DNA from: Armatimonadota bacterium
GTDB lineage: Bacteria; Armatimonadota; HRBIN16
Direction of reading: 5' to 3'
DNA length: 64,000 nt
Assembly (NCBI GenBank): GCA_963677485.1
Contig: OY781964.1
Coordinates: 2,144,001 to 2,208,000, forward strand
Shown: one piece after another, positions 9,850 to 20,329 of the stretch
Position numbering within the stretch: position 1 is the first letter of the stretch
Layout of the letters: each line of letters opens with the position of its first letter
Notes under the pieces: model-generated
What the model saw: only the letters and a program-made list of their open reading frames with translations
What the model was told of the DNA's origin: nothing
Database searches by the model: none
Position numbers and translations under genes: made by a program

Positions 9850-11661
9850 CTAGCTTTCCGCTACTTTAAGCACACTGAGGAAGGCCTCCTGCGGAAGCTC
9901 CACGGAGCCCACCTGCTTCATGCGCTTCTTGCCCTCTTTTTGCTTCTCGAGCAGCTTGCGCTTTCGGCTGATGTCACCACCGTAGCACTTGGCAATCACG
10001 TTCTTGCGGAGTGCAGACACTTTTTCCGCCGCGATGACCTTCGCGCCGATGGCGGCTTGCAGACGCACCTCGAACTGCTGCTTGGGCACTACTGTGCGAA
10101 GACGCTCTACGAGCGCCTTCCCACGGTTGAAAGCGCGGTCACGGTGTGTGATGAAGCTGAGCGCATCCACCGTATCACCGTTGATCATGATGTCCAGCTT
10201 CACTAGCTCGCTGCGCAGATAGCCGATGGGGTCGTAATCAAATGATGCGTAGCCTTTGCTGCGGCTTTTCAACTGGTCGTAAAAGTCCAGCAGGATTTCC
10301 GACAGCGGCAGGTTATAGGTCAGCATCACACGCTTGGGTGTGGGATACTCCATCTTCACGAACTCGCCGCGACGTTCGATGGCGAGGTCCATCATGGGCC
10401 CCACATACTCCTTGGGCACATAGATGTTTGATCGGATGAAGGGCTCTTCCACATAATCGATGAGCGTAGATGACGGCCAGTGGGCCGGGTTGTCAATGGT
10501 GGTAAATTCCCCATCGGTCTTCATCACGCGATAACTCACGGATGGTGCCGTCGCGATCAGGCTGATACCAAACTCGCGTTCCAGCCGTTCCTGCACGATG
10601 TCCATATGCAGCAGCCCGAGGAATCCGCATCGGAACCCAAACCCGAGGGCCGCAGAACTCTCCGCCTCGAAAATGAGAGAGGCGTCATTGAGTTGGAGTT
10701 TCTCCAACGCGTCGCGTAGCTCGTTGAAGTTTTCGCCATCCATGGGGAAGAGCCCGCAGAAGACCATCGGCAGCACCGGCTTATATCCGGGCAGCGGTCT
10801 TTTGGCGGGGAACTCCGCATTCGTCAGCGTGTCGCCCACGTTCACATCGCCCACGGTTTTCATGCTGGCTACCAGATAGCCCACTTCGCCGCAGCTCAAC
10901 TGCTCGCTGGCCAGCATTTTGGGCTGGAAGGTGCCCACGCCGGTGACTTCGAACTCTTTGCCGGTGCCCATACAACGAACCATGTCACCGGGTTTGACAC
11001 TGCCGTCGATGACGCGCAGATAGGTGACCACGCCCAGGTAGGCATCGAAATGGCTGTCGAAAACCAAGGCACGTAGCGGAGCTTCGGGCCGGCCGCTGGG
11101 TGCCGGCACCCGTGTGATGATCGCCTCCAGAATATCCTTAATACCCACGCCCGTCTTCGCACTGCAGGCGATGGCTTCGGTGGCATCAATCATCAAAACA
11201 TCGTCGATCTCTTCTGCGGCTCGATCAATATCGGCGGCAGGAAGGTCGATCTTGTTGATCACCGGGATGATGGTGAGGTTGGCGTTCATCGCCAGGTTTA
11301 CGTTCGCGATGGTCTGCGCTTCCACGCCCTGAGTGCTATCAACCACCAGAATCGCACCCTCGCAAGCGGCGAGGCTGCGTGACACTTCATAAGCAAAGTC
11401 CACGTGACCAGGGGTGTCAATCAAGTTCACTTGATAGGTCTGGCCATCTAAAGCGGTATAGTGAAGCCGCACGGTCGCCATTTTGATGGTGATACCGCGC
11501 TCGCGCTCCAGGTCCATTTGGTCCAGCATCTGCTCATGCATATGCCTTGGATCCACAGCCCCAGTGACCTCAAGGATGCGGTCAGCAAGTGTGGATTTAC
11601 CATGGTCGATGTGAGCGATGATACAGAAATTACGGATGTGAGATTGTGGGTCTAGTGACAT
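9850..11661 (-). CDS. lepA: Elongation factor 4 (LepA)
   Basis: [64 protein letters not shown]. Confidence 0.99.
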   Translation of the reverse strand: MSLDPQSHIRNFCIIAHIDHGKSTLADRILEVTGAVDPRHMHEQMLDQMDLERERGITIKMATVRLHYTALDGQTYQVNLIDTPGHVDFAYEVSRSLAACEGAILVVDSTQGVEAQTIANVNLAMNANLTIIPVINKIDLPAADIDRAAEEIDDVLMIDATEAIACSAKTGVGIKDILEAIITRVPAPSGRPEAPLRALVFDSHFDAYLGVVTYLRVIDGSVKPGDMVRCMGTGKEFEVTGVGTFQPKMLASEQLSCGEVGYLVASMKTVGDVNVGDTLTNAEFPAKRPLPGYKPVLPMVFCGLFPMDGENFNELRDALEKLQLNDASLIFEAESSAALGFGFRCGFLGLLHMDIVQERLEREFGISLIATAPSVSYRVMKTDGEFTTIDNPAHWPSSTLIDYVEEPFIRSNIYVPKEYVGPMMDLAIERRGEFVKMEYPTPKRVMLTYNLPLSEILLDFYDQLKSRSKGYASFDYDPIGYLRSELVKLDIMINGDTVDALSFITHRDRAFNRGKALVERLRTVVPKQQFEVRLQAAIGAKVIAAEKVSALRKNVIAKCYGGDISRKRKLLEKQKEGKKRMKQVGSVELPQEAFLSVLKVAES

Positions 11662-11759
11662 TCGGCCCCTCCCTGCATCCTTGATTTTACCATATACGGG
11701 GGCCTGGGCATGAATGCGGGACCATGAGACGGGTGGTTATCGTTTGTTTGGCTGCAGGA

Positions 11760-11975
11760 AGGGCGATTCGCGGTTCGCCCCTACACGGAACCTCCGCGCC
11801 GGTTTTCCCCTAACCGGGGCGGTGTTGTTCCGTCCCCCTGGGTACGCCAATCTCCCGATTGGCTCCCTCCCCATCCGAACCTATCCGTGTAATCCGTGGT
11901 TCAGACAATCCGGGTATCGGACGGATGAGACCGATTGGACTGACAACATAGTGGGCAACCACAGGGACTGCCCAT
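11760..11975. repeat. Intergenic mosaic of REP-like fragments
   Basis: AGGGCGATTCGCGGTTCGCCCCTAC (11760-11784); a RAYT-array fragment CCGCGCCGGTTTTCCCCTAACCGGGGCGG; GCCAATCTCCCGATTGGC hairpin; ATCCGTGTAATCCGTGGTT; GGGCAACCACAGGGACTGCCC. Confidence 0.7.
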
Positions 11976-11999
11976 AGTAAGCGTTCCGGCGGCTATTCG

Positions 12000-14486
12000 C
12001 TAATTCGCGACCACGTTCACGAGCTTGCCGGGCACGACGATCACCTTGCGCACGGTCATGCCTTCGGAGAAGCGCAGAACGGTGGGGTGGGCTAATGCCA
12101 GCTCCTCCAGCGTCTGCTGGTCGGTATCGACCGGTACGCTGATGTTGTCGCGCAGCTTGCCGTTGACCTGCAGCACGATGGTCAGCGCCTCGGCCGCCAT
12201 AGCGTCCTCGTCCACCTTCGGCCAGTTCTGCTTCTGCGTGAAGCCGGTATGGCCGATTTCCTGCCAGAGCTCATCGCAAAGGTGTGGGCAGATGGGCGAA
12301 AGAACCAGCACGAGATACTCAATCGCCTCGCTGAGTGCGGGGCTGCCGGGGATCTTTGACTTCATATCGTAGATCAGGTTCACCCATTCCATAATCACGG
12401 CCACGGCGGTGTTGTAGCTGAAGCGTTGGATGTCGTCGGCGACTTTCGCAGTGACCTGGTGCGTCTTGCGACGCAGCGCGCGCTCGTTGGCATCAAGATC
12501 GGTCAGCTTCTTCGCGTATTTACCGTCGAAGCTGCCGCGCAACTCTCCTACTAATCGCCACACACGACCCAGGAAGCGGTTGCCTCCGGCCACGCCTTCG
12601 TCACGCCATTCGATGGTCTGATCAAACGGCGCTACAAACAGCTCGTAGAGGCGCAGCGTATCGGCCCCAAACTTGGATACAACCTCATCGGGAGTGATCA
12701 CGTTGCCCTTACTCTTGCTCATCTTGATCATCGTGCCAGGGTTCTTGGGATCGGGTGCCAGCACCATCCCTTGATTCTTCAAGTTGCTGAAGGGCTCAAT
12801 GAAATCAATCAGATCAGCGTCATACATCACTTTGGTCCAGAAGCGGGCATACAGCAGGTGCATGACCGCATGCTCCGCGCCGCCCACATAGGTATCGACC
12901 GGAAGCCAGTATTTCACCTTCTCAGGGTCAAAAGGCCGGTCGTCTTCCTTCGGGCTGGCGAAACGCAGGAAATACCAGCTGCTACACGCGAAGCCGCCCA
13001 TCGTGTCGGTCTCACGTGAAGCCAGACCGCCGCACAGAGGGCAACTGACGTTCACGAAATCGGGGATTAGGGCCAACGGGCTGCGGCCGTCACCGGTGGG
13101 TTTGTAGTTCTCCACATCGGGCAGCACTACCGGCAGTTGGTCGTCGGGCACGGGCACCGCACCGCACTTGGGGCAGTGGATGATGGGGATCGGGGCGCCC
13201 CAATATCGCTGCCGGCTGATTAGCCAGTCGCGCAGGCGGTAGTTCACCACGCGGTGACCCACCTTGTGCGCTTCCATCCAGTCGGCGATGGCACTCTTGG
13301 CAGCGATGCTGCCCATGCCGTCGAACTCACCACTGTTCATCATGGTGCCGGGCTCGGTGTAGGCCTCGGTGAAGTCAGAGCCGTCCCAGCCGTCTGGCCG
13401 GATAACCACAGTGATGGGCAGGTTCTGCTGCTTCGCAAAGTCGTAGTCGCGGCTGTCATGCGCTGGCACCGCCATGATCGCTCCCGAGCCGTATCCTGCC
13501 AGCACGTAGTCGGCGATGAAGAGCGGCAGCTCCTGACCATTGACCGGGTTGATGGCGTAAGCCCCGGTGAACACACCGGTGCGCTCGTGCTCCGTGCTCA
13601 GCCGGTCGATCTCGCTGGTGCGCTTCGCCTCGGCGACATAATCCTCGACGGCGGCCAGGCACTCCGGCGTGGTGATCTCCGCCACCAGCGGATGCTCGGG
13701 GGCCAACACCGCGAAGCTCATACCAAACACGGTGTCGACACGGGTGGTGAATACTTCAAAACTCTTGTCCGAACCGGCGATGGGCATGGTAAACTGCACG
13801 CCTTCGCTGCGGCCGATCCAGTTGCGCTGCATCATCTTGATGCCGTCTGGCCAGTCCACGGTGTCCAGATCGTCCGCCAGGCGGTCGGCGTAGTCGGTGA
13901 TCTTGAAGAACCACTGGGGAAGGTTCTTCTTCTCTACCGGGTTACCGCATCGCCAGCAGTTGCCGTTCTCTACCTCTTCGTTGGCCAGAACAGTGCTGCA
14001 GCTCCCGCACCAGTTGGCGGGTGCACCGCTGCGGTAGGCCAACCCGCGCTTGAACAGCAGCAGGAAGAACCACTGGGTCCACTTGTAGTAGTCGGGGCTG
14101 CTGGAGTTGACTTCGCGCTCCCAGTCGAAGCTGATGCCCACCAGGTTCATCTGGCGGGTGTAGTTCGCGATGTAGGCCGGTACGGTCTTATTGGGGTGGC
14201 TGTTCTTCTTGATCGCCTCGTTCTCGGCAGGCAGTCCGAAGGCATCCCAGCCCATGGGATGCATCACGTTGCGGCCGTTCATGCGCATGAAGCGGCAAAG
14301 CACGTCAGTGGGGATATAGTTGCGGCAATGCCCCACAGAGAGCCCGTTGCCCGAGGGGTATGGGAAGAAGTCCAGCCCGTAGAACTTGGGTTTTCCACCT
14401 TCTTCCGTGGCCTTGAATAGCTTGGCCTCTTTCCAGGCTTGCTGCCACTTGGCCTCTATCTGTTCGGGAATGTATCGCTCATCCAT
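12000..14486 (-). CDS. leuS: Leucine--tRNA ligase
   Basis: FPYPSG..HCRNY (HIGH-equivalent region), GWDAFGLPAEN, RDWLISRQRYWG, KMSKS; start ATG 14486 (MDERY) with GAGGTG RBS. Confidence 0.99.
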   Translation of the reverse strand: MDERYIPEQIEAKWQQAWKEAKLFKATEEGGKPKFYGLDFFPYPSGNGLSVGHCRNYIPTDVLCRFMRMNGRNVMHPMGWDAFGLPAENEAIKKNSHPNKTVPAYIANYTRQMNLVGISFDWEREVNSSSPDYYKWTQWFFLLLFKRGLAYRSGAPANWCGSCSTVLANEEVENGNCWRCGNPVEKKNLPQWFFKITDYADRLADDLDTVDWPDGIKMMQRNWIGRSEGVQFTMPIAGSDKSFEVFTTRVDTVFGMSFAVLAPEHPLVAEITTPECLAAVEDYVAEAKRTSEIDRLSTEHERTGVFTGAYAINPVNGQELPLFIADYVLAGYGSGAIMAVPAHDSRDYDFAKQQNLPITVVIRPDGWDGSDFTEAYTEPGTMMNSGEFDGMGSIAAKSAIADWMEAHKVGHRVVNYRLRDWLISRQRYWGAPIPIIHCPKCGAVPVPDDQLPVVLPDVENYKPTGDGRSPLALIPDFVNVSCPLCGGLASRETDTMGGFACSSWYFLRFASPKEDDRPFDPEKVKYWLPVDTYVGGAEHAVMHLLYARFWTKVMYDADLIDFIEPFSNLKNQGMVLAPDPKNPGTMIKMSKSKGNVITPDEVVSKFGADTLRLYELFVAPFDQTIEWRDEGVAGGNRFLGRVWRLVGELRGSFDGKYAKKLTDLDANERALRRKTHQVTAKVADDIQRFSYNTAVAVIMEWVNLIYDMKSKIPGSPALSEAIEYLVLVLSPICPHLCDELWQEIGHTGFTQKQNWPKVDEDAMAAEALTIVLQVNGKLRDNISVPVDTDQQTLEELALAHPTVLRFSEGMTVRKVIVVPGKLVNVVAN

Positions 14487-14767
14487 TTGGGTATCACCTC
14501 TAGCACGAAAAACGCTGATTGGAAACTGCTTTCCTAGTATATTTAGTATAACCCAACGCATGAGGGGAGGCGGGCTGCCTCACACGGAGACGCAGAGGAC
14601 GCGGAGAGGGGGGTAAAGAGCCACCGTTTGGGTTGTGCGCAGCTTGTGATGCCACGAACTAACCGTGGTAGGGGATCCGACGGATTCGACCGATCCGACC
14701 GATAACCCGCCCATGACCCAAAACCACCCCTCGCGGCTGATATCCGGCGAACCAAACTGATCACCCC

Positions 14768-15874
14768 GTGCCATGCAGTACAATAAAACCTGTGAACACA
14801 CCGTCTAGCACCACCGTACAACTGGCCCAGACGACACTGCGGTATGATGAGCATATCCTTGATCTGGAGGCCTACAACTACCCGCTGCCAGAGGAGCGCA
14901 TCGCGCAAAGGCCCATTGAGCCGCGCGATAGCTCCAAGCTGCTGGTGGTCAACCCCGCCACGGATACCCTGTCTGACCTGGTGTTCCACCAGATCACCGA
15001 GCTGCTGCAGCCTGGTGACACGCTGGTGATGAACAACACCCGCGTGACGGCGCGGCGGCTTTTTGGTCAGCGGCCCACCGGCGGCAAGGTGGAAGTGGTG
15101 ATGATCCAGCAGCTTAACCACTCGGACTGGCTGTGCATCGTGAAACCCGGCAAGAAGTTGATGCCTGGCGCGCAGATGGAGCTGGACGACGGCATCTGTG
15201 CTGAGGTGCTGGAGCACCAGCCAAGAGGGCTGCGCGTTCTGCGGTTCGCCGACCCGGAGCTGCTGATGAGCTCCAAACACGGCGTGATCCCGCTGCCGCC
15301 TTACATACACGTGCCGCTGCCCAACGAGGAGCGGTACCAAACGGTCTATTCCCAGGCACCCGGCAGCGCGGCGGCTCCCACGGCTGGATTGCACTTTACC
15401 CCTCCGCTGCTTGAGAAAATCAGGCTGATGGGGGTCAGTATCGCCTTTGTCACCCTTGATGTAGGCCTGGGCACCTTCCATCCGCCGGATCCCGGCATGA
15501 TGCGCGAGTCGCGGCTCCATCGCGAGCATGTGACCATCAGCCCTGAGACTGCGCAGACCATCAACAACACATCTGGGCGAATCATCTGCGTGGGCACCAC
15601 CTCGATCCGCGCGGTCGAATCCGCGGCAGTGGGACCTCGTATACTTCAGGCTTTTTCGGGTGAAACGGAGATATTCATCGCACCAGGGTATGAGTTTCAG
15701 ATAGCCGAGGCGATGCTGACCAACTTCCATGTGCCGGCCAGCACTCCGTTGTTCATGACCTGCGCCTTTGGCGGACGACAGCGGATTTTGAATGCCTATG
15801 ATCATGCGCTGGCTGATAGCTACCGCTTTTTGAGTTTTGGCGACGCGATGTTCATCACCTGTAGGGGGAGTTGA
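14768..15874 (+). CDS. queA: S-adenosylmethionine:tRNA ribosyltransferase-isomerase
   Basis: LPEERIAQRP, NNTRV..ARL, PLPPYI, YQTVY, GSAAAPTAGLHF, VGTTSIR, TNFH.P, YRFLSFGDAM. Exact start uncertain. Confidence 0.97.
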   Translation: MPCSTIKPVNTPSSTTVQLAQTTLRYDEHILDLEAYNYPLPEERIAQRPIEPRDSSKLLVVNPATDTLSDLVFHQITELLQPGDTLVMNNTRVTARRLFGQRPTGGKVEVVMIQQLNHSDWLCIVKPGKKLMPGAQMELDDGICAEVLEHQPRGLRVLRFADPELLMSSKHGVIPLPPYIHVPLPNEERYQTVYSQAPGSAAAPTAGLHFTPPLLEKIRLMGVSIAFVTLDVGLGTFHPPDPGMMRESRLHREHVTISPETAQTINNTSGRIICVGTTSIRAVESAAVGPRILQAFSGETEIFIAPGYEFQIAEAMLTNFHVPASTPLFMTCAFGGRQRILNAYDHALADSYRFLSFGDAMFITCRGS

Positions 15875-15875
15875 T

Positions 15876-16355
15876 ATGGCTTTACAAAGATTTGAGGATT
15901 GGATGGATCAGTTGGAGCGGCAATACGCACCCTCAGGTATATCTATGCCTGCCGTGCTCATCCAGCCATTGGCACTCAGTAAGCACGCCTCCAGCCGTAG
16001 GGCACCCTACACCCGCCACATGCAGCCCAGCTCTGTGGTAGTGCCAGGCCTGGGCACGCTGCCTCAGCACATCCAGATATTGGCCAATCTGCCAGATGAA
16101 ACCAGTGAGGTGGCTGACAAGCATTATAAAAGGTATAAAGAGACGCGGCGTGAGATGCTGGAGCGTCTGCTGAACCCCGTGCTGAACCTTGAGGAAGCGG
16201 CACGCCTGCTTGGTGTCTGCCCGGCATCGGTCAGACGATACACCGACCGCGGGCTGCTGGCGCACCATCGCACCGAAGGCAACCAGCGCCGGTTCCATCT
16301 GGCGGATGTGGTGGCGTTCATTCAAGCCCGAGATCAGGTAGAGGACACACTGTAA
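15876..16355 (+). CDS. Excisionase/MerR-like helix-turn-helix protein
   Basis: C-terminal LNLEEAARLLGVCPASVRRYTDRGLL...RTEGNQRRF (HTH_17-like); ATG follows the queA stop, with GGGGAG RBS. Confidence 0.8.
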   Translation: MALQRFEDWMDQLERQYAPSGISMPAVLIQPLALSKHASSRRAPYTRHMQPSSVVVPGLGTLPQHIQILANLPDETSEVADKHYKRYKETRREMLERLLNPVLNLEEAARLLGVCPASVRRYTDRGLLAHHRTEGNQRRFHLADVVAFIQARDQVEDTL

Positions 16356-16358
16356 GTT

Positions 16359-17498
16359 ATGCACATCGCAATGTTTTCCGAAAGCTATACCCCTGTCACT
16401 AATGGTGTGGCGGTCAGCATCACCACCCTGAAGGACCAACTGGAAGCCCGCGGGCACAGGGTCACCATCGTCACCACCCGCCACGCCAAATATCGGGCAA
16501 AACAGGGTGAGCTGCGGGTGCCCTCCTTCCGGCTGCCTTACTGGCCCGAATATACGCTGCCCATGAGCACTATCTACGGCAAACTTGACAGGTTTTTCGA
16601 GCAAGAGCATGTCGATATTATTCATACGCACATCCCCTTCATATTGGGATGGGCCGCTATCCGCCTCAGCAAAATGCACCACATCCCAATGGTCGGTCAC
16701 TACCACACGCTGTATGACCATTATCTGCACTACGCGCCGTTCCTGCCGAAAAAGTTAATGTATAAAGGGCTCTCCACACACATCTGCGGATTCTACGGCC
16801 ATTGCCGGCAGATTATCACCCCTTCGCAGTTCTCCAAAGAGCGGCTGAGTGCCTTTGGGGTCGAAGCTGAGAAGATTAACATCATCCCCACCGGTTATAT
16901 TGATGAACCAGACCTTGTTCCGCGAGATGAGGCGAGGCAGCTCTACCACATTGAGCCGCAGCAGCGGGCATTGTTGTTTGTGGGGCGTATTGCCATCGAA
17001 AAGAACATCGGTCTGCTGATGGACATGATGGCGATCATCAAAGGCAAGCATCCCAACGCCTTCCTATGGATAGTGGGCAGCGGACCAGCAATCCACATCG
17101 TGCGACGCCAGGCACGCAAGGCGGGTGTGATGGACCGTGTTCGCTTCCAAGGCAAGGTGCCGCATAAGCAGATCGGTGCGGTTTACAGCGCGGCGGACCT
17201 GTTTGTATTCCCCTCTATCACCGAAACGCAAGGACTGGTGGTGGGCGAAGCGCAGGGTTACAGTCTGCCTTGCATCGCCGCCGATCATGCGGCCGCCGCG
17301 GAAAGCATTTTGAACGACGTTAGCGGTATGATAGTAGACGGAAGCCCTGAGTACTTCGCTGCGGCGGTCGATGAGCTTCTGTGTGATGAGGACAAACGTA
17401 ATCGGCTGGCCGCTGGTGCCTTGTCTGCCCCGCGAGTTTCTGCCGCGCAGATGGCTGATATGGTGACGAAAGTCTACGAGCACGCCATCAGCCGGTAG
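16359..17498 (+). CDS. GT4 glycosyltransferase (glycolipid synthase-like)
   Basis: MHIAMFSESYTPVTNGVAVS, HYHTLY, FVGRIAIEKNI, FVFPSITETQGLV. Confidence 0.9.
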   Translation: MHIAMFSESYTPVTNGVAVSITTLKDQLEARGHRVTIVTTRHAKYRAKQGELRVPSFRLPYWPEYTLPMSTIYGKLDRFFEQEHVDIIHTHIPFILGWAAIRLSKMHHIPMVGHYHTLYDHYLHYAPFLPKKLMYKGLSTHICGFYGHCRQIITPSQFSKERLSAFGVEAEKINIIPTGYIDEPDLVPRDEARQLYHIEPQQRALLFVGRIAIEKNIGLLMDMMAIIKGKHPNAFLWIVGSGPAIHIVRRQARKAGVMDRVRFQGKVPHKQIGAVYSAADLFVFPSITETQGLVVGEAQGYSLPCIAADHAAAAESILNDVSGMIVDGSPEYFAAAVDELLCDEDKRNRLAAGALSAPRVSAAQMADMVTKVYEHAISR

Positions 17499-17538
17499 GG
17501 CAGCAGCATCACGCAATAACCCATTGAGGGGTGGCTGC

Positions 17539-18453
17539 ATGAAACTTAACGACGATCGTTGGTGTCCGGCGCGGTTCGCGCTGATGCTGAGTTGCGTTCC
17601 TAACCTGGGTGAAAAGCAGATGCTGCACGTGATGCATCACCAGGCCTTGAACTGCGTGCCTGTGGGGGTGTTCCTGCACCTGCCCATTGAGGAGCTTCAA
17701 GCCGATTGGGGCTTAACCGAAGAAGCGGCTTACGCCATCTCAGAGGAACGGCACTTGTGGTGGAACAGGTTTTTGGAGTCCGATGAGCTGGTGAAGCAGC
17801 ACGGCGTTCAGATCATTACCGAACAGCACCACCTCTACCCTCAACAACTCAACGAATTCTGCGAAACCCCTCCCCCTGTTCTCCACGCCGCCGGTAACAT
17901 GCAGCTCATCACCGAGGGCTGGCGGTTTGCGGTGGTCTGCTCACGCGATATGCCCTCCGTGGCTGGCGATGCGGCGGATGAGCTTTGCTGCAGGGCCATC
18001 GAGGCCGGCGGCACGCTGGTCACCGGCCACAATACCCGCGCCTATCAACGCGCGGCCCTGGCGGCGCTGCGGCAGGATCGCGAGCATATCATGGTGCTGG
18101 ACCGCGGCTTGTGGGCGGCTCTGGGACCCGAGTTCAACCGTCCGCTGTTCAACGCCGCGCGGCTATACCAGCTTCAATTCGCCTTTGAGCGTGACCTGGT
18201 GCTGTCGCCATTCCCGCTGAAGCTGGGCTGTTTCGGGCTCAGCAACCAGCGGCGCGACGAGTTGATCTTTGCGCTGTGCGATGTGATTTTCGCCGTCTGG
18301 GTGCGCGAAGATGGCGTGATGCAGCGGTTGTGCGAGCAGGCGGTGCGGCTGGGCAAGCGGGTGAAGGTGTGGCAGAGCCCCAGCGGGGTGGTCAGCCCCG
18401 GCGGCCAGCGTATCCTGGTTGCTCAGGAGCGTTTCGAGGCGGGTGAGGGGTAG
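17539..18453 (+). CDS. Divergent DprA/Smf-like (SLOG fold) protein
   Basis: YPQQL.E....PPVLHAAGN, AVVCSR, LVLSPFP, RRDELIFALCDVIF follow the DprA layout; the SG(L/M)A.GID motif is replaced. Confidence 0.65.
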   Translation: MKLNDDRWCPARFALMLSCVPNLGEKQMLHVMHHQALNCVPVGVFLHLPIEELQADWGLTEEAAYAISEERHLWWNRFLESDELVKQHGVQIITEQHHLYPQQLNEFCETPPPVLHAAGNMQLITEGWRFAVVCSRDMPSVAGDAADELCCRAIEAGGTLVTGHNTRAYQRAALAALRQDREHIMVLDRGLWAALGPEFNRPLFNAARLYQLQFAFERDLVLSPFPLKLGCFGLSNQRRDELIFALCDVIFAVWVREDGVMQRLCEQAVRLGKRVKVWQSPSGVVSPGGQRILVAQERFEAGEG

Positions 18454-18478
18454 GGGCGAATCACCCGGTCTTTCGGAT

Positions 18479-18637
18479 TCTTTAACCACGAATAAACACG
18501 AATGAACACTAATAGGGACTGCATTCGGCTTGTTCGGTATGCCCGAAACACAACAACTGGTAAACGGCAAATCTCCACGCCAGTCTTGTGGATTACTCTC
18601 CCATTCGTGTCCCTTCGTGTTCATTCGTGGTTAAAGA
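18479..18637. repeat. 159-bp element with 24-bp terminal inverted repeats
   Basis: TCTTTAACCACGAATAAACACGAA (18479-18502) versus the reverse complement of 18614-18637, TCTTTAACCACGAATGAACACGAA: 1 mismatch. Confidence 0.8.
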
Positions 18638-18726
18638 CCCCTCCAATAAAGCCGAATTGCCATGAGCAGGCTGTTGTGGTAATCTGTGCCTGTTCCTGCG
18701 AAAACTAACCCGGAGAATGGTGCGCC

Positions 18727-19866
18727 ATGCAAACTGAATTGACCCCTCGCCAGCGATTCCTGAACGTGATGGAATATCAACCCGTAGACCGTGTGCCCAA
18801 CCACGAGGTTGGTGTTTGGCCGCAGACATGGGAGCGCTGGATACATGAGGGTATGAACCCCGCCGAACACAGCGCCTCGTGGTTCTGGGGCGATCCCGGC
18901 TTCAACCTGGACCCCCGTGAGTATGTGCGGACGAACTACCAGATGGTGCCATTGTTCGAACCGCAGGTCATTGAGATCACGGATAAATATGAGACCATTC
19001 GGAACGGGTATGGTATTGTCACGAAAGCGCTGCGCGCAGGCACAGTTCATGGCGGCCGCATGTCGATGGACCAGTATATCAGCTTCCCTGTGACCGACCT
19101 GGCCAGCTTCCGCGAGTTAAAGAAGCGCTACATCGCATCAGACCTTGGTCGGCAGCCCGCGGGTTGGCGTGAGAATGACCTTGAGCGTTGGAAAAACCGC
19201 GAGAATGTGCTGATTCTGGGTGAGAACTGCCAGACACTGGGCTTCTACTGGCGCGCCCGCGAGTGGATGGGCACGGAGGGTATCAGCTACGCGTTCTTTG
19301 AGCAGCCTGAACTCGTGCATGAGATGATGGAGTTTGTGGCGGATTTCACCATCGAGGTCTCACGCCCGTTTGTGGAAGCGGTGGACTTCGACTATGTGTT
19401 CATAAACGAAGACATGGCGATGAAGTCGGGCCCGCTGCTCGGTCCGAACACCTACAAGGAGTTCATCTGGCCGCATATGCGAAGGGTCGTGGAGTTCTTC
19501 AAATCTCGCGGTACTCGGTATGTGATGGTGGACAGCGACGGCAACCCCGACCCCCTGATTCCGCTGCTGATGGATGCCGGAGTGGACGGCATCTGGCCCA
19601 TGGAACGCGCCTCGCTGGATACCGACCCCATCCAACTCCGTAAGAAATACGGGAAACAGCTCAGGCTGTGGGGCGGGGTCGACAAACGCGAGCTGTCGAA
19701 AGACCGCAAAGCGATCGATAACCACCTGCGCACGTTCATCCCGCTGATCGAGCAGGGAGGGTTCATCCCGACGGTCGACCATACCGTGCCGCCGGATATC
19801 TCCTGGGAGAACTTCTGCTACTACATGGAGTGCAAGATGGAGCTGCTCCGTGGCGAGCTGAAGTAG
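18727..19866 (+). CDS. Uroporphyrinogen decarboxylase-superfamily protein (UroD/MtaA-like, function unknown)
   Basis: LTPRQRFLNVMEYQPVDRVP, EDMAMKSGPLLGP, DSDGN, LWGGVDK, GGFIPTVDHTVPPD. Confidence 0.85.
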   Translation: MQTELTPRQRFLNVMEYQPVDRVPNHEVGVWPQTWERWIHEGMNPAEHSASWFWGDPGFNLDPREYVRTNYQMVPLFEPQVIEITDKYETIRNGYGIVTKALRAGTVHGGRMSMDQYISFPVTDLASFRELKKRYIASDLGRQPAGWRENDLERWKNRENVLILGENCQTLGFYWRAREWMGTEGISYAFFEQPELVHEMMEFVADFTIEVSRPFVEAVDFDYVFINEDMAMKSGPLLGPNTYKEFIWPHMRRVVEFFKSRGTRYVMVDSDGNPDPLIPLLMDAGVDGIWPMERASLDTDPIQLRKKYGKQLRLWGGVDKRELSKDRKAIDNHLRTFIPLIEQGGFIPTVDHTVPPDISWENFCYYMECKMELLRGELK

Positions 19867-20035
19867 ATCGGGGGGCCGTCTGACAGCACAATAGCGGCAT
19901 CTCAAGACCGCGTGGGGGCGATTCGCGAATCGCCCTTTTTGAGGGCCACCGGAACGTCTGAACCACGGATTACACGGATGGGCACGGATTGGGAAGGAAA
20001 TGCGGATAGCCGAACCTGTCACAGTCGCAGGTGCA

Positions 20036-20300
20036 TCCCAACGCCCGCCGGAACGCGGGCCGGTACTGGTAAGCGACGGGTGACAGTGCCCGTACCGAGA
20101 CGAAGTCGCGGACGGGCCACGGAACCCGTCCCCATGGGCCAATGCTGTGGATCGGAGCAGTCAGCCACGCTGCCGCGGGTTTAGTCACCCCATGAATGGG
20201 GTTCCCTCACCGCGCGTCTATATTATTGCAGCCCGCAAGCGGGCGCAGGGGGCCCGCCGGAATGCGGGCTGTAAAGGGCGAATCACGAATCGCCCTGGGT
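20036..20300. repeat. Dispersed composite repeat, copy 1
   Basis: 20036-20190 is nearly identical to 50538-50693; 20163-20249 is nearly identical to 21244-21330. Confidence 0.85.
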
Positions 20301-20329
20301 GATTAATACGGATTAACTGGAGGCGACCT

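Noticed and set aside
14487-14767. T-box riboswitch upstream of leuS, or preQ1 riboswitch upstream of queA
   Set aside because: No T-box GGTGGNACCGCG or preQ1 pattern seen; the spacer is filled with repeat fragments.
13254-15805. Long antisense ORFs (388 aa opposite leuS, 420 aa opposite queA), and similar ones opposite the GH genes
   Set aside because: Shadow frames expected from high-GC codon bias; no recognisable motifs.
15876-16355. Prophage or ICE excisionase
   Set aside because: No integrase, att site or phage genes nearby; the gene is embedded in a housekeeping operon.
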